Below are positions 13,401 through 27,060 of a DNA stretch of 64,000 bases, piece by piece (the stretch's first letter is position 1; each line of letters opens with the position of its first letter). The stretch is from Lama glama. Taxonomy: Eukaryota. The stretch lies in contig CM052832.1 in NCBI GenBank assembly GCA_028534125.1, positions 22,508,001 through 22,572,000 on the forward strand, read 5' to 3'. The notes below the pieces were generated by a model. The model was not told where the DNA came from, made no database searches, and worked only from the letters and a program-made list of their open reading frames with translations. The translations under genes and the position numbers were made by a program.

Positions 13401-16400
13401 GGAGGTTCTGAGTGTCTCAGCTCTTTTCAACTGATCTCAACAATCAGGTTTAGAACTACATGCAGATTTCACAGTAGAATTAAAACAATGTGCTGTGGGA
13501 ATCCAGTTCATTAACCATTTACTTAAAAACTTATTTGCTTTTTTTTTTCCCCCTCTTGTAATGAAATGACAGCCCTCTTCCTACTGAAGCATCCTCCCCT
13601 CTCATAATTGAAAGCTTGTAATAGGCCGTTTTCTCAATTCTTAGACTAGACTAGGAGGGGTGTCCTTAATGAGAATGTGCCTTAGGATTGAGGCACACAA
13701 AGGTACCTAACTCAAACCATGGCAATGACCACAAGTAACGCACTTTGAAAACAACAGCAACAAAACCCGGGAGAAACAAACCACCAAACCACAAAACATC
13801 GGTGCAGCACAGTCCAGAATTCAAAGACAGTGCATTTCTTTAGTGGCTTTTGGTGAAGAGGACACAGTCGGTGGGACCGCAGGGAACAGCTTGATGACTG
13901 GCTGTGTTATGACTTGTGGACTCTGGTCCCCAAAGTTTTATTTTTAAGATTCAAATTCTTAGGGTGTTCTAACTCCCAGAGGAATAGATAACTGAGAATG
14001 TGTTTACGTCAACTTAATGTAAATTATCTAGTAATTCTTTTTTCTGTCAAATGCCACCTGAGACCTGATAACATTGTTTTTCAGGGTTTTTTCCACAGGC
14101 TGTTATTAGGGCCAGAAATGCCCTTCCTTTCTATAGACGAATGCATTTTCTTTTTCTTTTCAAGGCTCCTACAGGAAAACTTCCTCCTATTTTAATTATT
14201 CAGTTTCTGAAGCTACTTTCCTTTAACTTGCCATTGTAATCACCTTACATTTGGTCAATCATCTGACTCAACTTTGTTCTCAATTCTTGTGTGTGAATTT
14301 AATAAATAGAGAAGATTTTCAAAGTACAAAACGAAAGCAAACACATCTTCATGCTACCCTACCCCCACCCTCCAGCTCTTACAAACACGGGGCTTGTAGG
14401 GTCTTATTATTTTCCCCTTTCTTTTCTTCTTCTTTAAAAAAAAAAAAACTGCATGGAAAGAAAAAGTTTATTGGGGGCAAGAGGTTCAACGACTATTTTT
14501 TCCCTCAAACAAATTAATCTTGTATAACCTGCATTATAAAGGCTATTTTTAAATAGAGGAGGAAATAATCATTGGGGCCTTATTTGGAACTCTTGTGGGT
14601 TTGAGTTCACATTTGCACCAGCCAGAGATTTTCAATTAGCAGTGCCTTAGAAAACAGGGACCCCTGCCTTTGTCAGTGTCCTGTGGAAGAAGAAGAGCAA
14701 ATAGATTGGAAATAGTCTTATGGCTCAGGCTCCTGGGAAAATGTAACAGGTGTTACAGCTCAGCTGGGTGTGAGATTTATGAAAAAAGCCCACTCAGACT
14801 TTGCCCATAGAATTCTGCATTCTAGCCAGGGCTTCAAGTAGGAAGAAACTAATGACTTCATTACCATCTCAATTCTGGGAAATGCCTGGTCCAGACCTGA
14901 ATCATTAAAGGAAAGGTATAGCACTCTGGGTGACCTTACAAGATCAAAATGTTATTTAGAGCAATTCTATTAGTCAGAGCCATAAACCTGCAAGAACCCA
15001 CCCTTTAGGAAAAACGCTCTGGCCGGAAAATGAGAAAAACAAAACACAAACACAAACAACATAAACCCATACAGAAGAGGAGGGAGAAAGAAGGAAAAAA
15101 AAAACCCTATATTCTGTAATCATCAGGCTGTATTATTTCCTCCATTCTTTGAAAAGCCTCCGCTTCCAGCACTTTCTGCCCCTCATTCTGTGTTGTGACA
15201 CATTAAATGGCTCTTGTCGCTTTTTCGCTTCCATGGGTTATAATTGGGGGGAGAGGTAGAAGCCAGGAATGATGTCAAATTCCCAGGCAGCAGAAGGTGA
15301 ACTAAATCTCGTCAGTACTAATAGTACTTAATCGTACTAATAGTAGTAGTATTCAACTGGTAGCAATTCACGGTAAATTTTTTATTAGATAATTGCCTCT
15401 TTTATTAATCTGCGATGGGAAAAACATAGCACATGCGGGTCTGTCTCCTGTCCTGTTTATCCCTACAAACGATCCTTCGGAGCCATTGTGTTGCATTTTA
15501 TTTCACGAAGCTACTCCACTGAAAAAAAGAACTTGGCCGGTGAAAATGCAGTTTCAGTAACCTGCTCACAGTCTGTTTATCTCTAATTGCCAGGCCCCCA
15601 GTGAGGGGGGTCCTCCCCCCTCAACATGACTGATTTTCATTATTCTCCATGTGCTCTGCTTTCCAGAACACCCTTGAGGGAAAAAAAAAAAAGTCAAAAG
15701 GCAGATTATTCCTAAGGCTTTAAGGCTTGTGAACTTGCTTTAGGAGACCTGGGTGCCCTCTGCTGAACCCCATTCCTGAGAAAATGCGCTTCTTTGTCTC
15801 TAATCACAATGTCTCTTGTAAAGTGTGCGGTGATGCCTCCCGGGTAGATCTGAGACCCTCCATGTCCTGTAGGGACATTGTGACCCTTGAACTAGAGCTG
15901 GTCACCAAGAAAGCATTAGGCTGGATGGTTCTGACCCTACAGGCACTAAGACCAAATGGGATGATGGTCTTGGAGCAAATTAATTTGGGTGATGAGGGCA
16001 GCAGGTACTGCTGAATGTGGCAACATTGCCAAATAAGAGTTGCAGTCCTTGGTGATCACATACCAAGTTAACGTCTGCCCATCATTGCAAGTACTAATTA
16101 GGGCTATAATATAATATGGGCCTTAGTGGAGGGGCCATGAAGTGGCCTATTTAGTGGTCAAAACAAATTGGGCATAATGTTTGGGACCTTACTTCATGAT
16201 GAGGGCTTTAGGGTAGAGATGAGAAATTTCCCGAAAGAGACATTTGTTAGATCAAAGAATATTTTGCTAAAGAGCTGTATCCAAGGAAATCTCGCAGAGA
16301 TTCGTGGCTCTACCTATGGCTTTCCTCTACTTTCCTTGCGTATGTTTCTTCTACTTATTTCTCTTTTTCAATGTAAACATGGACAGATGAGAAGGTATAA

Positions 16401-17309
16401 AAATCTTAAAGGAGTGAATTTTATCATTTATACATTAACCGCTCTGAGCTCTTCATCCCTGTCCCTGGAGGCAGACAGATGAGGAGACCAGGCTTAGAGA
16501 TTTTGTTGCTTGTGCTCAAGACCAGATCTCCAGGTAACTGACCTGATGTCCTCACACTGTCTTCAACTCCTGGGGACAATCTGGTCACACTGGCCACCTC
16601 TGGTTTTGATATAATCTTAAAAATACTTCTTAGCACAGTTTCACACACAAAGCTTTAATAAATTCTTTATAATGACAGTGAAAAGCACTTAAATCATTTG
16701 ACTTACTATTCTTTCCTTAGAAGCAGGGTTTTAAGCTAAAAGATGGTTAGAGTCATTACTAAGGGCATCTGAGGGTTAGTGATTCACAAAAAAGTTGACA
16801 ATTTGATGCCTCATAAGAGCAATAGGATCTCTGGCGTAAGTGGATAAGGAATAAGAGAGGGAGCTAGAGGGAAATATTTTGATGTAACAGAAAGCCCTGA
16901 AGATTGCCTACTGGGAAATGCACCCTGCGAATGACCGTTGTCTGGTCATTCCCCACTTGTGACTGTGGAAATGACAGCATCCTGTGTGCTCAGTAAACAA
17001 TCGGGAGCACCAGGAAGTCCGACCTAAAGTCTTTGCTGAGTTAGCAAAAAGCATCACAGGGTTAAACACCCTTGCTTGGGTTGCAAAATCCCCAATGGAG
17101 AAAGAGCTGCAGGAGTTCGGACTTTTGAAGCTGCAGAGAGAACTATGGAGCTATGGATAAAGTCCAGATTGAAAAAAAAAAAATGCCAAAGAAAGAAAGG
17201 AAGGAAAGACTTAAACTGAGCTATAAAAGCTGTTACTCAAACCTGAGGTAAAATTATGTTTATTGTAAGATTAATGAATTAGGATTCTAACAAAATTGCA
17301 ATAATTGCT

Positions 17310-17560
17310 ATTTTTTGAATGTTTGCAACATTCCTGGCACTGCATCAGCACAGGGAAAATGGAGATAAATAAGATACTCCCCTGCGTTGAGGGAGGTAAA
17401 TGAGAGAAAGTTGGTAAAGTATTAAAAATTGCATAGCACTGTACCAACACAAAGGGTTAGCTGATCGTTGTGTACTGGAATGAGCTTTAGATTGGATTTT
17501 GCAGGTGAGCTTGCAAAAGCTCAGATACTTATCCATGGGCTAAGAGACTTGAGGTTTGTT
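17310..17560 (-). mobile_element. L2 fragment
   Basis: tttttgaatgtttgcaacattcctggcactgcatcagcacagggaaaat...aaataagatactcccctgc. Confidence 0.55.
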
Positions 17561-19286
17561 CAAAATAAATGTGTGAGGAATAAAACATTAACTAGGTGGT
17601 CATGAGACGTGGGCACCACCCCCGTTCTGCCCCAGTGTTTTCCACCAGTCATAGGCTGTCTCTAGTTTGCTGTGAAAACCATGGGTCTGAGTTACAGAGT
17701 AAGCTATTCTTGTATGAGAGCCACGTGACCATTTCACAAAAACAGAAACAATATCAATATGAGATTCTTGACATTTTAACTCTTGCTAATGATGTGCTAT
17801 TAAGTAGCAAAAAATGATGCTAGTGGCCAATTATCAGGATTGCATTATGATTTTAAGAAGTAGGCCTAATTTTTTAAAAAAGGTATTATTTTATTTTCGG
17901 CTGGCGTGCTCCATCTGAGTTGGTTTTTATTTTAGAAGTTGGCAGAACCAGGAACTGTGCTATGTTATTATTAGATGTTATTTCTAGGTTGGAATTTTGG
18001 TGACATAATATGATCAGACTATTTGCCATCTATTTCTCCCTTGTGCTTATCTTATCCTTATTTGCCAATATAAATAGTAAAACAACAAAATCAATCTGCA
18101 GTTTTATTCCAATATCCGTTATGTTATTTGACATAACTTTTCTCCAGTTAATATTAGCTCACATAATGAGGCACCAGGTTAAGATTAATTCATATTTATA
18201 TAGTGTCTTTTCCACTGAAGATTACAAAGCAGAGGTTTAAAAGGCTTCTGAAATTTATATTCCTCTGAGAGTGTAGTGCAGCATTGTTAATCCCATTTTA
18301 CAGATAGGTAAGCTGAGGTAGAGAAGTTAGGAAGTTGCATCCAGTATTTTGAATCTTGTTGATTTTTTTGTGTTTAGGTGTTTTCTTAAAGCAACAAAAA
18401 GTTTTTCTGTTTCTTTTATGAATTAAAGGAAGAAATAAAATATTTTTACATATTAGATTTTAGGTTTTCCACTTATTAAACCATGACAAGAAGGCAAGGA
18501 GACTGATACATCACAAACTCTTAGAGCAAATGGTCAATCAGATCATTAATTATTAAAAGCTGTCAAATATTGGAGGGCTTTGAACAACCCAGTATATGCT
18601 AAATGCCAGAAGTCACTCTTGCATGAGGCACTAATGAAATGCATTCGGGGGAATTCTGTCTACATCCCATTTCCATGAAATGACATTGTACCACCAATAC
18701 GCCCTCACACAGTGAGCTTTATGTTGTTTGCTACGACTGTGGGTAAAAGGATTGCACAGTCTCTGACAAACTGGAAGTACTCAGCGTGGTGTTTACATAT
18801 CTTGCTATTGCCATGTGAGCTTCCCTCTCCATTCTGAATCTGCTAAGGCCCCGGATTATATAACTGAGAGCAGCATTCTCGTGTTCCTCACAGAATCCTG
18901 TAGCTGAAGGAGGAGGGATTGAAAAGGCCATTTTTCTTTGAGTTTTTTTCCCCCCTTAATTCAGTTTCTCTTTTCTGCAGCTTTGCATAAACTTGGCCAT
19001 TTTAACTGCCTCTTTAGACTGTCTCCAACTGATAAGCTCATGGCCAGGTAACACATTGCTAAACCCAATGCATAGCGTCAGAAGTGAAGATGCTGATGCC
19101 CAGTGTCTTGAGAACATAAATGTGTTCCTACAGTGCAGCAGGGTTGGGCTGGATTAAATTTGCACAATTATTTTCCATAGTATAATGTTCCTAAATGCAG
19201 ATTAATGGTTTCTGGTACTGAGCTCTGTGAATTAAAAAAAAAAAAAAAGAAATTTAAAAACTAGGCATATCAGAATAAAAAATAAA

Positions 19287-19427
19287 GGGAGGGTGAGGAT
19301 ATAGCTCAATTGGTAGAGCACATGCTTGGACATGCACGAGGTCCCGGGTTCAATCCCCAGCACCTCCTCCAAATAGAAATAAATGAATAAACGCAATTGC
19401 CACCCCTCGTGAAACAAACAAACAAAA
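19287..19427 (+). mobile_element. tRNA-derived SINE (camelid Vic-1-like) with a 15-bp TSD
   Basis: Pol III A box tagctcaattgg (19302-19313), B box ggttcaatcc (19347-19356) and an A-rich tail. TSD agaataaaaaataaa (19272-19286) vs agaataaaagataaa (19428-19442). Confidence 0.9.
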
Positions 19428-19557
19428 AGAATAAAAGATAAAGAACACATGATCATCTCAACAGATGCAGAAAAACATTTGACAAAGTTCAACATCTCTT
19501 CATGGCAGAAATGTTCTACAAATTGGCATAAAAGAAAATTTCCTCAACACAAAAAAA
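19428..19557 (+). mobile_element. L1 ORF2 reverse-transcriptase fragment (host of the SINE)
   Basis: Translates to HMIISTDAEKH, matching the conserved L1 RT motif HMIISIDAEKAFDK. Confidence 0.8.
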
Positions 19558-19599
19558 GACCAGGTGTGCCAAGCCCCACAGTTCCCTGGGAAGCAAATG

Positions 19600-19750
19600 G
19601 GCGGGTAAAGACCATGTACTCTTATCACAGACAAACATGGTAACTTATATGGGAAGATATGTTAATTAGGTTGCCTGCAGTAAAAATTTCACTATGTCTA
19701 TCAAATCAGCATATTGTACACCTTAGATAAATACAATTTGTTTTAAAAAA
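19600..19750 (+). mobile_element. L1 (L1MA/MB-like) 3' end
   Basis: atggtaact...gatatgttaattag...tttcactatg...tatcaaatcagcatattgtacaccttagataaatacaattt. Confidence 0.7.
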
Positions 19751-20374
19751 CGTATCGTATACAGGAAATCTTTGAAAGCTATGAGATTTTCTGTATCTAA
19801 TTGTCCTTATTTGCAAATACAAATATATATACATGGTCTGTACCTGCCTATTTGCTTCCCCTGGGAATTGTGGGGCCACTAATATTTCGGATGTTTGTGT
19901 GGAAAACTGATCACTAAATTTGTGTTTTACCCAAATAAACTGAGTGATGCTTGAGTGATTTTTTTGGGGATCAGCTTTCTAAGATTATTGCTGAAATAAT
20001 CACCCATTTCTGTGTCTAGATGTGAATTCTGTTATTCCCTTCATTTGCATCATTTCCCATGTATCTGTTATGTAGGGTAGACGGAAGGAAAAGACTTAAA
20101 GTCTGTAAATAGCAAATTCAGAATAACAGATTCTAGAAAATAACAAAAAGTCATAATGATGGAAATTCAGGAATACAGAGGTAGAGTCACAGGAAATGCA
20201 AGACTTTCATGTTGAAGGAAGAAATGATGAGGTATGTGTGAATTAATGTGAGTTTTGCTGAGGGCAAGGTTGGCAAAGGAAATCACCTTCTTAGAGTGTC
20301 ACCTTTGATGAAGAGTGAAGAGTCAATTTCATACATACTGTGAAACCACACAATGTATAGAAACAACATTGCAA

Positions 20375-20580
20375 TTTGCAACTGGGTGATCTGGGCCACA
20401 GCTCTAGCTTTGCTCTCACTTGGCTCTGTAGTCCTGGAAAGATACTTAACTTTTTTGAGCCTTGGAAATATACTTTTTTTCTGGACCGTTTTTCTCATCT
20501 CTAATCGGGGAAAATCATTCCTATTTATCTCAGAGGGACTGAGGGAATTGTACTGTACTGTGATGTACTGCATAAAATGT
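20375..20580 (+). mobile_element. MIR SINE
   Basis: tctcacttggctctgtagtcctggaaagatacttaactt...tttctcatctctaatcgggg. Confidence 0.65.
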
Positions 20581-21927
20581 ATTTTCACTACCTTATTATT
20601 TTGGGTTCAGACATGAGAACTAGGTACCAAAAGACATAAGGTAATTAAAGTTTGCTACCCAGCATGGAAAAATGATTTTATTTCGGTACATTTTATAGTT
20701 TGCATATTTTTTTCACGTAGCCAGCAGATTGTTTAGTACCTACTTACCAATAATTACTTCATCTGGGATGGAAAAAATGAGTATTTATCCTTCAGATTTG
20801 TAGATATCTCTTTTTTTTCAGGAGGAAAAAACAGAAATCTGAGGAAATGATTATGGAAAACTATCTGAGGGTAGGGAGGGCTCACGCTGGCCCAGCACCA
20901 CTCAGCCCTAGCTAGTCTCCTGAGCACGGCATTTGGAGAACTGATAAACTGATGTGTGACAGTATCTGTGCATAGACGTGTGAATAATCTTAAACTTTTA
21001 TCTTCAAACTTTTAAGTGTAACCCTGTATTCCAGTGTATCTAAGGTGTTCCTGCTCTATACCAACCAGTGCATAAGAAGGGACTCACTTTTTGTGGGATT
21101 GAGTTTTTATCTCTTTCCTCCAAAAACTTATGGTAATCAAAATCTTATCTTTGTAGAAATAAAAGCCAATGACTGAGCTTCCCTTTTGTTATCCCCATGG
21201 CATTCACTTGCATCACTTGCCTGGGGCTAGAATTTGGGACTTGAGGTGAACTTGAGGTCCTGCCGTTTTGTTGTCTAGGTATAGGATGGCGGGCTGGGAA
21301 GCCTTTCTCACAAACCTATAGTACCTATTTCAACTGGCCCCTAAATTACCCCTCCCCTGGGTTTGTTTGTCTTGGGGGAGGGCGATGGATTGTATGATGA
21401 GTAAGAAGTATTCATTTTTTAAAAGACAGATCAACTTTGAAGATACAAAAAGTTAATTACCAGAAAGAACAATGGTGAATGAAAACAACCTTAATCTTTG
21501 TCTTGTTACCCTTATCACGTATTGCCTTAAATTCCAGTTATCCAAGTAACTGTCTTTTCATCCACGTTAGGATGACCTTATACCATGGACTCAGACAGTT
21601 GTGTCTCTAATCCTTACCAACTGTAGGATCTTGAGCAAGTTACTTAAATTCAGTTATAAACCACAGTGATTAAAGATCCTGGGGTGCCACGGGACACTTG
21701 GGTGCAGCTATGACATAGGTCCACTGACAAGATTTTGACCATCTAGCAGACGCAGGAGAAATGATAGGAAATCATTCCAGCAGTATGTGACTCTGCGAAG
21801 CTGTTTGGTATCCTGAGGCTAATATGGTAGTCACTGATCTTTTTGTTTCCTTAGAACAGTTATGCAAACTGTATCCTTTGTGATAGCTAAACTAACACGG
21901 ACTGATACATACTTTAGCCATAATACT

Positions 21928-22392
21928 TGTGAAGGAAAAACTGGGCTGGTCTAACAAGGTAACTCTCAAGTCTAGGAATGTGAAGGAGAGGCTGGGCTGG
22001 GCTAAGAAGATAACTCACAAATCTAAGTATTGGAATACTGATCTGAGTTCTGCTAGACTAACTTGTAAATCTAGGTTAATTAGTGTTGGTTTGCTGTTCA
22101 TGTCTTTTTGCTAGCCAGCTGGGTTTTCAAAGACACATATCTGGTTTTGGAATGTTGGTTTGCTGCCTCCCCGCCTCCACCTTTGTGATGATAATGCTGC
22201 TAAAGCTGTTCCATGCCTATTGGCGGAATACCCCAAGCTTGTACTTCACCCTGTAAAACCTCATGCGCACGTCTTGGAGGTGCTCAGAGCTTCGGAGCAG
22301 AAGCCCCTCTGAGCCCGCCGGCGTAATACGTCTGAGTACTCCAACCCTCCGAGTGGTGCTTGTTTCTTGGCTGGCCTGTCATTTCCGTAACA
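21928..22392 (+). mobile_element. Solo LTR, ERV1/class I type, young
   Basis: TG...CA termini (tgtgaagg...ccgtaaca) and a perfect 4-bp TSD tact (21924-21927 and 22393-22396). Length is 465 bp with retained CpGs in R/U5. Orientation is inferred from a TATA-like ctgtaaaa at about 22251 and a polyA-like gtaata at about 22323. Confidence 0.85.
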
Positions 22393-22509
22393 TACTAACA
22401 TTTAAAATAGATTTAATATTACATTTATTCTGAATAGTAATTGTTAACTCACAATAGTTATTAACTAGCCACACATTACTTAATTTCTTATAATAATCAT
22501 TAAAATAAA

Positions 22510-22740
22510 AAATGTGATATAATATTTGCCCTGCACTGTACCAAGTGCGTCACACATATTAACTCATTTAATATTCATGATAAGCCCACATGGCTGTTAT
22601 TATTACTAGCCTTCTTTTCCAGATGAAAAAACCAAAGTGTATGGAGTTTAAATAATGTACCCAAGCTCTTGTCCCTTAAAAATCCATGGGCCAAGTACCA
22701 AACTGAAGCAATTGCAGACCCTGTACTCTGAATCTCTGGG
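22510..22740 (-). mobile_element. MIR SINE
   Basis: ctgtaccaagtgc...aactcatttaatattcatgataagccc...ttttccagatgaaaaaacc...tttaaataatgtacccaag. Confidence 0.7.
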
Positions 22741-22755
22741 CTGATAATAACTAGG

Positions 22756-24256
22756 CAGTGGTTCTCAAAAGGTGACCTCTGTGCTAACGAAATTTACACG
22801 GCACAAAATAAAGACAGGAAAAAGGAACTCTACGTCTTCGTGACTTGTTTGCTTATAATCATTTTTTCCCCAGTTTTATTGAGATATAATTGACATGTAA
22901 CATTGTATTGGTTTATGGTATACAACATGATGATTTGGTGTATGTATATATATTGTGAAGTAATATCACAATAAGTTTGACTAACATCCATGACCTCACA
23001 TGGTTAAAATTTACTTTACTTGTGACAAGAACTTTTAAAATCTACTATTTTAGCAACTTCCAAATACACTAAACAGCATAGTTACCATGCTGTACATTGC
23101 ATACCCAGAACTTATTTATCTTATAACTGGAAGTTAGACCTTTTGACAGCCTTCACCCATTCCCCACCCCTCTGCTAACCACCAATTTTCTGTTTTTATG
23201 AGTCAGTTTTTTTTAGAGTCCACATATAAGTGATATAATACAATATCTGTCTTTCTTTGTCTGACTTATTTCACTTTTAGGATAATACCCCATCGGTCCA
23301 TCTATGTTGTCAAAAATGGCAGGATTTCCCTCTTTTCATGGCTGAATTGTGTATGTGTGTATGTGTGTGTGATATGTATATATCACATTTTCTTTATTCA
23401 TTCATCTGCTAGTGGACACTTAGGTTGTTTCCTTATCTTGACTATTGTAAATGACGTTGCCATGAACATGGAGATGCAGATATCTCTCTGAGATAGTTAT
23501 TTTGTTTCCTTTGGGTATATTCCCAAAGGAGGGATTGCTAAGTCATATGGTATTTCTATTTTTAGTTTTTTGAGGAGCCTCCACACTGTTTTCATAGTGG
23601 CTGTATGAATTTACATCCCCACCGACAGTGCACAGGATCCCCTTTTCTCCACATCCTCACCAACACTTACCTCTTGTCATTTTGATAGTAGCCATTCTAA
23701 CAGGTGTGAGGTGATAGCTCATTGTGTGTTGATTTTCATCTTCCTGATGATTAGTAAGTTGAGCACCTTTTCATGTATCTGCTGCCCATTTATATGAGTT
23801 CCTTATATATTTTGGATATTATCCTCATCAGATATATTATTTGCAAACATTTTCTTCCACTTGGTAGGTTGCCTTTTCATTTGGTTGGCTGTTTCCTTTG
23901 CTGTGCAGAAGCTTTTTAGTTCATTGTAGTCCCTCTTTGCTTTTGTTGTCTTTGCTTTTGGTGTCAAATCCAAAAAAAACATTGGCAAGGGGTTGTCAAG
24001 TAGCTCACCTCCTATGCTTTCTTCTAGTTTTCTGGTTTTCAATTTTCTTTTACTCATACAGTAATTTTAAAACTCTGGGGTTGATGTGCAAAAAGCCAGT
24101 ATTATTAAAGGGGGAGTGATTCATTATGAATCTCAACTCTTCATGAAATTGAGATATTTAAGCACAGTGTCACTTGAATGAGACATCATGTCACTTGCGT
24201 GAGCTGTCACATTACTCCTTGCCTCCACATTGGACCACAGTGTTCTGAGAAACAGA
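22756..24256. mobile_element. Possible hAT-Charlie element split by the L1 at 22862-24050
   Basis: Left terminus cagtggttctcaaa (22756) and a right terminus-like ggaccacagtgttctgagaaaca (about 24232-24253). Confidence 0.4.
22862..24050 (-). mobile_element. 5'-truncated L1 (3' UTR plus ORF2 C-terminus)
   Basis: Antisense L1 3' end ttttattgagatataattgacatgtaacattgta. The minus-strand ORF reads TPKAKTTKAK...LKSFCTAKET...KRQPTKWKKMFAN, matching L1 ORF2. Confidence 0.92.
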
Positions 24257-26494
24257 CCATCAAATGTGCAGGTAAAGGAGGGCAGGGAGTATACACCTGG
24301 ACAGAAATACATTTAAGTGACTAAAGCAACAGTAACTAGCAGCAAAGGCAAAGAAGCTGAGCAGACAGAACACCACTGGAGGCATTATACCCTTGATGGA
24401 ACCTTGATTACTTGCCACCTGCTAGGATGATGGGAGGACAAAAAACAAGTTTTATATCTTGATTCTGCATATACAAAGATGCTTCCTGCAGGTTTGTTTA
24501 TTCTGTTAGCTTTGTCCTCAAACTGTAGACCAAGATGATTTGTTTCCTAGATATGTAATTTTGAATTAACACTGCCTGTCCCCATTCCAAATTGGCTCCT
24601 ATTTTTCCCATATTCTCCAGGTACCCCCACCAATCTCTATCCTGCCATGTAGAGAAACATACAAAAAATGGGTTGGCACTATATTTAGAAAGCATGATTT
24701 TAAAAATTATCAGAATTGTGTCTGGTTGTATTATCACCAGATCACATGCTCCTTCGGTGCTATCTTTCGGTGTCAGAGGGGAGAACGTGTCATCCGTGGG
24801 AGGGGAGCTAAGGTGCTGATATGCATGGCTGTAGTCCCCAGGTACGGATCAGTTCTGGAACCTGAAAATGGCAATATTTTGGTTGGAAACAAAACTGGAT
24901 AGAAAACATTGATCAAAATGCAGAATAGCCAATGTGTCCAAGTGGTCAAAATGAATATTTCTAGTCTATTTTAAGAGCATTTTTATAGCTCACAATTGTT
25001 TCCTAATCATTGTGTGTTCCCAAACAGTTGGAATTTCAGGTCAGAAGGAGAAGTAGCTACATCTCAGTAGTGTAGACCATTGAAGAGATTAATTTAAACA
25101 AACATCTCCCTGTCAAAGCTTCCAGAATGAGAGATCACCAATAATCTATCTATATTTCTGTCCGTATCTCTCCATCTATATGGCTGATCATATATACTCT
25201 ATATTAACATGTGTACACACACGACAGCATAGGGAATATGTCTTTGAACTACATTTCTGTCCTGCCCTTTTACTGATTCTCTCTTTCCCCAATCCTGGAG
25301 TAAGGTAAGTTTTTTTTTTTTTTTTGGAGAAAGGAAAAGAAACTATTCATCCTTCCTTTTCATTCTAGCAAGAATTTGATATACTATGAAGCAGAAAAGC
25401 CATTGAATTTTTTCTCTAAATTTGATATTATGACCATCATGAAACCACTGTTTAGTACAGGCAAAAAATTGAGACTACCTAGATCTTGCATGTTTGCTCA
25501 TTGTTTTTAGATGGAAATTGAGGTAGAAGTTTGGATGGAATCTGAACACTGACTGTTCGACATGCTACGTGTTTTCCTGCCCATTAGTTTGTGCAGGTGA
25601 GCAGGCAGCCTGTCCCTCTCCACAACGCACAGGCACACTGGTATTTCATTGTAGTTCATTTATGGGAGCCTTTCTGAAATGCTCTTAGCAGTTCGAAAGT
25701 ATAAGTCCAGATTTTTAAAATTTGGATGATTTCTTCCACATAACCACCTGATCACTGATCATTTTTATTTTCTTTTGATATTCAAACAGAATTTTAACAA
25801 AAACAATCCAAGTCCTAAAAAAAAAAAGAAGCAAAACAAGAAATGATTATACAAAGAGAAAGAGAAGTATGCTGAGCATTTAAAAAAAAATAAGCATGTT
25901 TCTGTTAAGAGTTTCATTACAATAAAGTAGATCTTTTTCCCCCTTCACCTACTGAGACACTAGCGCAGTTTGGGTCTCCTGAATTATATTATGTTTGATA
26001 ACTTCCTGTTGCATTAGTGAATTTCCATTTGGTTATAAAAATTTCCTGATGAAGCACCATTATTTCCGTGGCTATGAGGCAAAGCGCAATCTGATTATAT
26101 AGCTGCTTTTATGATAACTGTAGCTAATGTGATAATATACACCATGTTATTACACAAATGCTTTGTGGTGTTTTCACTTTTGAAAAAGGGCAGACGGGCT
26201 CAGAAGAAGAATAACAGGAGAGACAAGGAATATGGAATCAGAGCAGCAAAGCATTCCCTTAAAAAGCATGTCGGCCCCACAGTTGTGTAAAGCAGTTTGT
26301 TCTCCTGGGAAGAATGAAGACGAGAGGGGGCTGTTCCCTTCTTCACAAATCAAGGAGACACACCCTGTGTCTGAAATCAGACATCACCTGTCTCTTATGT
26401 TTGGGAGGACACTTGTCAACAGAGATAGACAATGAAGGCTAGCTCGTTAGAACAGACTTGTTGTCTCGCTGAGACTGAGTTCACCCCTGGCCAT

Positions 26495-27060
26495 TCAAAT
26501 CCAGCACACATTTGTTGAGCACCTGCTAAGGACAAGTGCTATGTTAGATGGTGTAGATACAATGGTTAAACCATCACAATCCCTATTGTTAAGCAGCTCC
26601 TATCGTTTAATAATTATGAAACAATGTAGTGGGAGATACGTAAATTGATCATTATAATTGAGTGTAGTAAGTGATAGAGGAGAGATACTGACAAGGAAAG
26701 CCTCTTGGATGTTGAGTAGGAGTTCCAGACGGATGAGACAGTCAGGAGTATGTTGAGCAGAAGGGAAAAGGTGGTGGTTGGTGAAAACCTGTGTAAAAGC
26801 ATTGGGGGTGACAGATGAAGGCCAGATGTGAAGGACATGACATGCTCTCAAAAATATTCTGGACTTTATTCCATGGTTGGGGTAGAGGAGGTGGTCCCCA
26901 GGGAGGATCAATAATAGTTCAGATTTGTGTTTTGGAAAGATGTGCCTGCAAACAGAGTGCAGGATGGGTAGGGATAAACAACTGGAATGAGGAAGATCAG
27001 AGAGGAAGGTTGTGAATTTAAATGAAGGTTGCACATCAGATTTGAGGAAGGCACAGATTT
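26495..27060 (-). mobile_element. L2 LINE remnant
   Basis: cattcaaatccagcacacatttgttgagcacctgctaagg...ggactttattcc...agatttgtgttttggaaagat. Confidence 0.75.

Noticed and set aside
15315..15351. (TAG/TAC)-rich short repeat
   Set aside because: Low-complexity slippage product
19295..19370. tRNA gene
   Set aside because: The tRNA-like head has an A-rich tail and a TSD and lacks a proper acceptor stem, so it is a SINE
26600..27034. 144-aa ORF
   Set aside because: Lies within a decayed L2; no intact domain
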